From a bacterium (GTDB lineage: Bacteria; Patescibacteriota; Minisyncoccia; 2-02-FULL-40-12; IGHO2-12-FULL-4), in the NCBI GenBank assembly GCA_030647955.1, contig JAUSIQ010000003.1, positions 2,111-66,110 on the forward strand: 64,000 bases of DNA. The letters are read 5' to 3'. Both the position numbers and the translations under genes were made by a program. The notes beneath the pieces were generated by a model. That model saw only the letters and a list, made by a program, of their open reading frames with translations, made no database searches and was not told the DNA's origin. Shown piece by piece: positions 28,644 to 35,572 of the stretch (the stretch's first letter is position 1; each line of letters begins with the position of its first letter).

Positions 28644-29270
28644 ATGGGAGAAAATGACGATTTAAAGGATAATTTGAGTCCTGAATCTGGTTATGACCAG
28701 CGAGAGGTGGTAGGCTTTTTTTGGGAGGTTGTTAAAATGGTGGTGCTATCTTTGGCTATCATTGTCCCAATCCGCTACTTTGTAATTCAGCCCTTCTTTG
28801 TCAAAGGTGCTTCCATGGAGGAGAGTTTTCATAACGGGGATTACGTGCTGATCGATGAGATCTCGTACCGTTTTAATGAACCCCAGAGAGGTGATGTTGT
28901 AGTCTTTCGTTTTCCTCAAGATCCCAGCCAGTACTTTATCAAGCGGATCATCGGATTACCGGGTGAGAAGATTCAGATAAAAAGTAACGAGGTGCTTATC
29001 TTTAACGAAGAACACCCCGAAGGATTTATTTTAGATGAATCTGCTTACCTGGAAAATGATCAGCGTACGACCGGAGATTTTAGTATGAATGTTGATGAGA
29101 AGGAATATTTTGTGTTAGGAGATAATCGGATGCATAGTTCGGATTCCCGCATCTGGGGAGCGGTTAATCGTCAACTTATCAGCGGCCGAGTATTTCTAAG
29201 AGCTTGGCCGATCACTGACATTGGTACTTTCTCCGGTGTTCAATATCTCACTCCTCAATTGGCAGATTAG
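28644..29270 (+). CDS. lepB: Signal peptidase I
   Basis: PFFVKGASME, RGDVVVF, FIKRIIGLPG, GDNRMHSSDSR. Confidence 0.95.
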   Translation: MGENDDLKDNLSPESGYDQREVVGFFWEVVKMVVLSLAIIVPIRYFVIQPFFVKGASMEESFHNGDYVLIDEISYRFNEPQRGDVVVFRFPQDPSQYFIKRIIGLPGEKIQIKSNEVLIFNEEHPEGFILDESAYLENDQRTTGDFSMNVDEKEYFVLGDNRMHSSDSRIWGAVNRQLISGRVFLRAWPITDIGTFSGVQYLTPQLAD

Positions 29271-29291
29271 TTAGTCCTAAAACTTATAGCT

Positions 29292-30605
29292 ATGGCGAAA
29301 CAAAAACCTATTCAATCGATTAAGGGTATGCACGACATCTTGCCCGCGGACCAGCCTTATTGGCAATTTGTCTACAAGAAATTTTCTAATCTTGTCGGAG
29401 AGTATGGATTCGAGAAGATCGACACTCCGCTCATTGAATCCTCTTCGCTCTTTTTGCGTTCCGTTGGAGATGATACCGACATCGTCAGTAAAGAAATGTA
29501 CTCCTTTAAATCCCGCGGGGGAGAGGAGTTGGCTTTGCGTCCGGAAAATACGGCCTCGGTAGTTAGAGCTTACATTGAGCATGGTATGAGTGTTTGGCCG
29601 CATCCTGTAAAGCTTTGGTATTGGGGTCCGATGTTTCGTCACGATCAGCCGCAGGCCGGGCGTTACCGTCAGTTTCACCAGGCTGGCGTGGAAATTTTTG
29701 GTGATGAACATCCCGCTTCAGATGCGGAGGCGATGTTTGTGGCGTTAGGATTTTTGGAAGGCATTGGCTTAAAAAATCTGATGCTGCGTATCAACAGCAT
29801 TGGTTGTCCGAACTGCCGTCCTTCCTATATCAAGGCTTTGAAGGAATATTTCAAGAATCGTGGCAAGAATCTTTGTCCGACCTGTAAGATCAGACAGAAA
29901 ACAAATATTTTGCGCGTGTTAGATTGTAAAGAATTAAGCTGTAAAGAAATTCTTAAAGATATTCCTCAATTCGTTGATTATCTCGATGAGTCTTGTCGTG
30001 ATCACTTCAAAAAAGTAATTGAGTTTTTGGATGAGGTGAAAGCACCTTATTCTTTAGATCCCTTGTTAGTGCGAGGGCTGGATTACTATACCCAAACGGT
30101 ATTTGAAATTTCTTTAGAAGAAAATACGGTTGCGACCGAGGGAGTAGAGTCTGTGTCTACTCCGGGATTAACCTTGATCGCGGGTGGGCGCTACAACGGA
30201 TTAGTAGAGCTTTTGGGTGGTTCTAAAACTCCGGCGGTGGGTTGGGCAGCGGGCATTGAGCGCATCATTTTAGAACTCAAGAGAGCACAGGTAAAGATGC
30301 CAGAAATGCGACCAGCTGCTAAAATTTTCTTGGCCCAGCTGGGCGATTTAGGAAAGAGAAAAAGTTTAGTTTTATTTGAAGAATTTCGCCGTGCCGGAAT
30401 TATTGCTGGAATTTCCTTGGGACGAGATAGTATTAAAGCCCAACTGCGTATCGCTAATCGTCTGAAGGTAAGGCTGGCTTTGATTTTAGGACAGAAAGAA
30501 GCTTTGGATGGGACAGTTATCCTGCGCGAAATGGATAGCGGCATTCAGGAAGTTATTCCGGTGGAGGGTATTGTCGAGGTGGTAAAGAAGAGATTGCGAA
30601 GTTAA
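29292..30605 (+). CDS. hisS: Histidyl-tRNA synthetase
   Basis: KGMHD, LRPENTA, PQAGRYRQFHQ, LVRGLDYY, GGRYNGL. Confidence 0.97.
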   Translation: MAKQKPIQSIKGMHDILPADQPYWQFVYKKFSNLVGEYGFEKIDTPLIESSSLFLRSVGDDTDIVSKEMYSFKSRGGEELALRPENTASVVRAYIEHGMSVWPHPVKLWYWGPMFRHDQPQAGRYRQFHQAGVEIFGDEHPASDAEAMFVALGFLEGIGLKNLMLRINSIGCPNCRPSYIKALKEYFKNRGKNLCPTCKIRQKTNILRVLDCKELSCKEILKDIPQFVDYLDESCRDHFKKVIEFLDEVKAPYSLDPLLVRGLDYYTQTVFEISLEENTVATEGVESVSTPGLTLIAGGRYNGLVELLGGSKTPAVGWAAGIERIILELKRAQVKMPEMRPAAKIFLAQLGDLGKRKSLVLFEEFRRAGIIAGISLGRDSIKAQLRIANRLKVRLALILGQKEALDGTVILREMDSGIQEVIPVEGIVEVVKKRLRS

Positions 30606-30607
30606 AC

Positions 30608-30955
30608 ATGATGGAAGATATTTTCTGCAAAATTATCAATAAGGAATTGCCGGCGGAGATAGTTATGGAAGAAGAGGAGTGGCTGGCCATTAAGGATATT
30701 CATCCTAAAGCCCCAGTTCATATTCTGATAATGCCCAAAAAGCATTGGGGAGGATTGGGAGATGCTCAAGAAGGAGATGCTGACTTATTGGGTAGATTAT
30801 TGATAGCAGTCCACAAGGTAGCAGAAAAAATGGGATTAGCGGAAAAGGGTTATCGAGTGATTATTAATAATGGTGTAGAGGGCGGACAGCTGGTGCCGCA
30901 CTTGCATATTCATCTATTGGGCGGTAAAATATTAGGCCCAAAGATGATTAATTAA
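30608..30955 (+). CDS. HIT family nucleotide-binding protein
   Basis: IFCKII, DIHPKAPVHIL, GQLVPHLHIHL. Confidence 0.93.
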   Translation: MMEDIFCKIINKELPAEIVMEEEEWLAIKDIHPKAPVHILIMPKKHWGGLGDAQEGDADLLGRLLIAVHKVAEKMGLAEKGYRVIINNGVEGGQLVPHLHIHLLGGKILGPKMIN

Positions 30956-30961
30956 TTTAAG

Positions 30962-31184
30962 TGTTTGTCCGCACACAGTCGAGCGTAGCGAGACGAGTGC
31001 GGAGAACAAACAGTTACTCCGCCCCATCTGGGTTCAAAACTTCCCCTTAGCAGAGATTAAGCCGTTAGGCGACTTCGTCTCCAGATAAAGAAAAAAGCTA
31101 TAGTTTGATTCCAGATAGGGCGGGGTGCAGATATTTGCAACTATTCGCTTCTGCTAATCGCAGATTAGCTCATAGGCAAATATC
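30962..31184. repeat. Cluster of three hairpins upstream of rpsU
   Basis: TGTTTGT.CCGCAC...GTGCGG.ACAAACA; CCGCCC.ATCTGG...CCAGAT.GGGCGG; GATATTTGC...GCAAATATC. Confidence 0.65.
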
Positions 31185-31189
31185 GCAGA

Positions 31190-31197
31190 AAGGAGGT
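31190..31197 (+). promoter_or_regulatory. Perfect Shine-Dalgarno of rpsU
   Basis: AAGGAGGT, 6 nt before ATG 31204. Confidence 0.8.
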
Positions 31198-31203
31198 ATT
31201 CTT

Positions 31204-31467
31204 ATGGACGTCAAAAGACGACCGAATGAAACAATCGGCAGTGCTTTACGAAGATTTTCTAAACTGGTTCAACAGAGCCGGCTTTTGAATAAAGCAAAAG
31301 CCTCTCGTTTCTACAAAAAGAAAGCGAGCGATCGACAAGATAAGAACCGCGCTATTATGCGTGAAGAGTTAAGAGCTCTCCGCAAGCGTTTAGAAAGACT
31401 GGGTAAGTACGACGATGAAACTTTTGAAGAAGAGAAGAGAAAAGTTAAACAAAAACTAGATCTATAG
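31204..31467 (+). CDS. rpsU: 30S ribosomal protein bS21 (CPR type, C-terminally extended)
   Basis: MDVKRRPNETIGSALRRFSKLVQQS.LL..AK..RFY.K; upstream of a GatB/YqeY gene as is typical. Confidence 0.8.
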   Translation: MDVKRRPNETIGSALRRFSKLVQQSRLLNKAKASRFYKKKASDRQDKNRAIMREELRALRKRLERLGKYDDETFEEEKRKVKQKLDL

Positions 31468-31554
31468 TTCATCAAGTTCATAAAGTTTGTAAAGTTCATA
31501 AAGCAAGAGAAATGCGAACTTGATAAACTTGAGAACTTTATAACTTGATAAACT
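31466..31554. repeat. ~9-nt-periodic palindrome (copy B)
   Basis: AGTTCATCAAGTTCATAAAGTTTGTAAAGTTC...GAACTTTATAACTTGATAAACT. Confidence 0.85.
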
Positions 31555-31569
31555 GTTTGCCAAGCAAAC

Positions 31570-32061
31570 ATGTTAAAGCAACAACTAAAGAAGGAGATGG
31601 TGGAGGCCATGAAGGCCGGGGATCAGCTTAAGCGTATGGTGCTGGGAACGCTGATCTCTGCAATCAAAAACAAAGAACTTAACAAACGCGGTCCCTTGAG
31701 TCAGACTATCACTGATCCTGTTAAGCTGGAGGAAGCTTGCCAGTTAAGCGACGAAGAAGTATTGGAAGTGATTGCTACGGAAGTGAAAAAGCGCAAAGAC
31801 TCCGTGGTGCAATTCAAATCTGGCGGCAGAGAAGATCTGGCTCAGCAAGAAGAAGCGGAGATGAAAGTGCTGATGGCTTACCTGCCTGAACAAGTTGGAG
31901 AAGAAGAGGTTAGAAAAGCAGTGCAGGAAGCAGTCGCGCAGCTGGGCGCGAAAGATCCCAAAGAAATGGGAAAGGTCATTGGGGCAGTAATGTCTAAACT
32001 CAAAGGAAGAGTGGATGGAGGTCTGGTTAGTAAACTGACTAAAGAAGCTCTCTCCTCTTAA
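31570..32061 (+). CDS. GatB/YqeY domain protein
   Basis: AMKAGD, EVKKRKDS..QF..GGREDLA..E..E, MGKVIG, GRVDG. Confidence 0.92.
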   Translation: MLKQQLKKEMVEAMKAGDQLKRMVLGTLISAIKNKELNKRGPLSQTITDPVKLEEACQLSDEEVLEVIATEVKKRKDSVVQFKSGGREDLAQQEEAEMKVLMAYLPEQVGEEEVRKAVQEAVAQLGAKDPKEMGKVIGAVMSKLKGRVDGGLVSKLTKEALSS

Positions 32062-32068
32062 ACTAATT

Positions 32069-32545
32069 TTGCTCGAGATTGTTTTTAATAACACCATTTC
32101 TGAACGGAAGTATCAGAAAGAGTTTTTCGAAAAGATAGCAAAGGCGGCTTTAGCCGCTTTTGGCTTGTCTGAAAAAGGAATCGGTCTGTCCATTAATTTG
32201 GTGGGCACTAACCGAATGCGTCTCTTAAATCAAAAACATCGCCGAAAAAATAAACCGACGGATGTACTTTCCTTTCCGCTTCACAAAAAAGCAGATTTAG
32301 AGAAGCAGTTCCGTGCAAAAACTAGTGTAAAAAAACCAAGAACTGTTATAATAGAGTTAGGAGATATTTTTATCTGCCTGCCGGTCATTCGCCAACAGGC
32401 CGAGAAAGAGAATAATCTCGAGTCTCTGCTTTGCCTTTTAACCGTGCACAGCATTTTGCACTTACTAGGATTTGATCACGAGCAGTCTGCATCGGCGGAA
32501 CTCGAAATGCAAAAATGGCAGGATAAAATTTTAAATAAACTATAG
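32069..32545 (+). CDS. ybeY: rRNA maturation endoribonuclease YbeY
   Basis: LNQKHR.KNKPTDVLSFP, LGDIFI, HSILHLLGFDH. Confidence 0.93.
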   Translation: MLEIVFNNTISERKYQKEFFEKIAKAALAAFGLSEKGIGLSINLVGTNRMRLLNQKHRRKNKPTDVLSFPLHKKADLEKQFRAKTSVKKPRTVIIELGDIFICLPVIRQQAEKENNLESLLCLLTVHSILHLLGFDHEQSASAELEMQKWQDKILNKL

Positions 32546-32556
32546 TAGCTGAAGTT

Positions 32557-33867
32557 ATGGGCCGACCGCACATCGTTACAGGAATTGATATTGGAAACTC
32601 TTTCGTAAAAACCGTTATCGCTGAGTTCGATCGGGAGAATTTGGGTCCGAAAATTTTGGGTATGGGTATCGCCGAATCCCATGGCTTGCGTCGGGGGATG
32701 GTGGTAAATATGGATGAAACGATTCGAGATATTGCTGAATCTGTTCGCAAAGCTGAAACGATGGCCGGAGCCAAAGTGCGCCGAGCTTACGTAGCGGTAA
32801 ACGGCCTGCATATTAAAAGCCAGAACTCTCGAGGGGTGATCGCGGTCTCTCGAGCGGATAATGAAATTTCTACTAGTGATTTGGAAAGAGTCATTGATGC
32901 CGCTTCGATTGTTAGCTTGCCGGCTAATCGAGAGATTATTCATATCATCCCCAAGAATTATGTCGTGGATGGCCAGGAGCAGGTCAAAAATCCTCTAGGA
33001 ATGAAAGGAGTGCGTTTAGAGGCAGAAGTACTAATTATCGATGGCCTCTCTCCTTACATTAAGAATTTGGCCAAGTGCTTGAACGCAAATGACATTGAAG
33101 TGGCCGAATTTATCTTCGCTCCCCGAGCGGCCAGCTATGCGGTTTTGGATAAAAACCAGATGGAGCACGGAGTTTTGAATCTCGATTTAGGCGGAGGAGT
33201 TTCTACTTTATCTTTTTTTCACGAAGGAGAATTAGTTCATGCTAGTACCATGCCCGTGGGTTCTCGTCATATTACCAATGATTTGGCCGTGGCCTTGCGT
33301 ACCTCGATGGATATCGCCGAAGAAGTAAAATTACGCCATGGCTTTACTGGAGTCAATTTAACTTCAGTAAAAACTAAGGCGGCTGCGGCGGCCAATAAAA
33401 AAGATGATATTGATCTATCCGAAATTTTAGGAGAAGAAGATTTTATTATTCCTCGAAAAAATATTGGCAGGGTGGTGGAGGCGCGGGTAGGAGAGGTTTT
33501 TGATATGCTTCAAGAAGAAATGAAAAGAGTGGCGCACCCTGCACTCATTCCGGCTGGAATTGTTTTAACCGGAGGAGGAGCGAAGTTGCCGGGATTGGCC
33601 ATGTTCGTCAAAGAGAAACTAAAGTTGCCGGTTAGAGTGGGAATGCGGCAAGAGTGGGATCATTCCACTAGAGAAGGGGAGATGCCCGTAGTCAGTTTTT
33701 CTGATCAAGCCGCTGACCCGGCTCTAGCGGTAGCGGTGGGACTAGCTTTTTACGGCATTGAAAGAGAGTTTGCCAAAAGTAAGAGTGAAGGAGGTGGGAT
33801 GGACTTTGGCGGCTCTAGGCGAGTATTTAAAAACTTCTTCGGACGTTTAAAAGATTTTATGCCTTAA
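32557..33867 (+). CDS. ftsA: Cell division protein FtsA
   Basis: GIDIG, GLRRGMVVN, NPLGMKGVRLE, LDLGGG, LTGGGAKL. Confidence 0.95.
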   Translation: MGRPHIVTGIDIGNSFVKTVIAEFDRENLGPKILGMGIAESHGLRRGMVVNMDETIRDIAESVRKAETMAGAKVRRAYVAVNGLHIKSQNSRGVIAVSRADNEISTSDLERVIDAASIVSLPANREIIHIIPKNYVVDGQEQVKNPLGMKGVRLEAEVLIIDGLSPYIKNLAKCLNANDIEVAEFIFAPRAASYAVLDKNQMEHGVLNLDLGGGVSTLSFFHEGELVHASTMPVGSRHITNDLAVALRTSMDIAEEVKLRHGFTGVNLTSVKTKAAAAANKKDDIDLSEILGEEDFIIPRKNIGRVVEARVGEVFDMLQEEMKRVAHPALIPAGIVLTGGGAKLPGLAMFVKEKLKLPVRVGMRQEWDHSTREGEMPVVSFSDQAADPALAVAVGLAFYGIEREFAKSKSEGGGMDFGGSRRVFKNFFGRLKDFMP

Positions 33868-33903
33868 TCGTCGCCGATGCTTATTTATAAGCTTCGTTAA
33901 TCG

Positions 33904-33923
33904 TTTTCCACATCTTATCCACA
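33904..33923 (+). promoter_or_regulatory. Tandem DnaA boxes upstream of ftsZ
   Basis: TTTTCCACA (one mismatch) and TTATCCACA (perfect). Confidence 0.5.
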
Positions 33924-33981
33924 CCCTATTTAGCCCAAACTTGTAATGGTTTTTCTTTTGTGATAAACCGAGATCAAACAC

Positions 33982-35157
33982 ATGGCACAAGTTAAACCTC
34001 CATTTGAAACTTTCGCACGGATCAAAGTGATTGGCGTCGGTGGAGCCGGAGGTAATGCTCTGGCTCGCATGATTTCCTCCCGTATTCAGGGAGTAGAGTT
34101 CGTGGCGGCTAATTCCGACTTCCAAGATTTACATAAATCCGGCGCGCCCACCAAATTACAGATCGGAAAAAATCTCTCCAGAGGATTGGGGGCGGGAATG
34201 AATCCGGAAATTGGCCGACAGGCCGCTTCGGATGCCAAAGAGGAAATTCTCGAAGCACTTAAGGGAGCGGATATGGTTTTTATTACGGCTGGAATGGGTG
34301 GTGGAACCGGCACGGGCGCTAGCCCAGTAATTGCCGAGATCGCTCGCGATGTGGGAGCTTTAACGGTGGCGATTGTTACCAAGCCGTTTGCTTTCGAGGG
34401 AGCACAACGTACGCGTCTTGCCGAAGAAGGTTGGAATTTATTGCGAGATAAAGTGGACTCCATCATTACCATTCCCAATGATCGTTTGCTTTCGATTATT
34501 GACCGCAAGACTCCGATTATGGAAGCTTTTGCGATTGTCGATGATGTCTTGCGTCAAGGAGTACAGGGTATCTCAGACTTAATCACGATCCCCGGAATTA
34601 TTAATGTGGACTTTGCCGATGTCAAAGCCGTCATGGCTAACTCCGGTTCGGCCTTGATGGGTATTGGACGAGGCTCAGGAGAAGATCGAGCGATTGAGGC
34701 GGCCAAGATGGCGATCAACTCTCCTTTGTTAGAGGTAGCGATTGATGGCGCGCGTGGAGTGTTGTTTAATGTCTCCGGTGGAACGGATCTTGGCATGGCT
34801 GAAATTAATGAGGCCGCCAAAATCATTACCGAAAATATTGATCCTAATGCCAAAGTAATTTTCGGAGCAGTAGAGGATGATAAGTTGAAAAAAGGAGAAA
34901 TTAAAATTACGGTCATCGCTACTGGTTTTAACAACTCGCATTCCGGAACGATCAAGCCTTCTTTAGCTACTCCCAGTTCCATCTTCAACGACTTTACTCC
35001 TGCTCCCACTAAAAAAATTGAAAAACCACCGGAAAGTCATATGGGCGGCGGTGGTGGCAATGGCCAGGAACAGCGAAAAGAATTTGTGGACAGTGCTTTA
35101 AATGACAGCGAGATGTTTGATATACCCGCCTTTATTCGCAAAAAGATGAAAGAATAG
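33982..35157 (+). CDS. ftsZ: Cell division protein FtsZ
   Basis: IKVIGVGGAGGNA, GMGGGTGTG, INVDFADV, DIPAFIRK. Confidence 0.98.
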   Translation: MAQVKPPFETFARIKVIGVGGAGGNALARMISSRIQGVEFVAANSDFQDLHKSGAPTKLQIGKNLSRGLGAGMNPEIGRQAASDAKEEILEALKGADMVFITAGMGGGTGTGASPVIAEIARDVGALTVAIVTKPFAFEGAQRTRLAEEGWNLLRDKVDSIITIPNDRLLSIIDRKTPIMEAFAIVDDVLRQGVQGISDLITIPGIINVDFADVKAVMANSGSALMGIGRGSGEDRAIEAAKMAINSPLLEVAIDGARGVLFNVSGGTDLGMAEINEAAKIITENIDPNAKVIFGAVEDDKLKKGEIKITVIATGFNNSHSGTIKPSLATPSSIFNDFTPAPTKKIEKPPESHMGGGGGNGQEQRKEFVDSALNDSEMFDIPAFIRKKMKE

Positions 35158-35174
35158 AAAAATATTTGCACTAA

Positions 35175-35204
35175 AAAAACAGAGCTCCGCAGGGCTTTGT
35201 TTTT
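35175..35204 (+). terminator. Intrinsic terminator after ftsZ
   Basis: AAAAACAGAGCTC-CGCA-GGGCTTTGTTTTT. Confidence 0.7.
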
Positions 35205-35244
35205 AGTTTATAGAATTTATAGGCAAAGGAATGTTGTCGCTAGT

Positions 35245-35440
35245 CGATCCCTGCCGCTTTTGTAGGCGTAGAAGGCCTGTGGATTGCTTGCGAATCACCG
35301 TTGTCAGCCCATGCGAAGCATAAGCTGATACGGAGAGGAGCTGGTCAGAAAGATTCTGATCTTTCTGAATCCATAGACCGAACCGAGCGAAGTCCCGCCG
35401 CTGGAGCGGGACGAGCATCCGGAAAAAGCGGCGGGGATCG
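35245..35440 (+). ncRNA. Candidate multibranch structured RNA/element between ftsZ and nrdJ
   Basis: 17-bp closing stem CGATCCCTGCCGCTTTT/AAAAGCGGCGGGGATCG enclosing four further stems. Confidence 0.55.
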
Positions 35441-35464
35441 TGGATTTTACTGTAATTTTTTGAG

Positions 35465-35473
35465 TTATCCACA
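35465..35473 (+). promoter_or_regulatory. DnaA box upstream of nrdJ
   Basis: Perfect TTATCCACA. Confidence 0.45.
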
Positions 35474-35572
35474 GTTGCATCTGGGTGAATGTATTCTAGA
35501 ATGAAGCTATGAGATCTTCTGTTTAAAATAGTAGAAGATTTTAACGACCACGTAGGTCGTTTAATTGTCTAT

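Noticed and set aside
31105-31203. N-terminal extension of rpsU in the ORF track
   Set aside because: The perfect SD and family N-terminus point to ATG 31204
33634-33670. Possible palindromic insertion in the ftsA C-terminal region
   Set aside because: Only a short imperfect hairpin and a 9-bp direct repeat; no match to the defined families
35203-35504. Two short ORFs in the ftsZ-nrdJ gap
   Set aside because: They coincide with GC-rich paired structure and have no protein features
35245-35572. Cobalamin riboswitch, RNase P or tmRNA upstream of nrdJ
   Set aside because: No B12-box, GAGGAAAGUCC or tRNA-like ends found on either strand by eye
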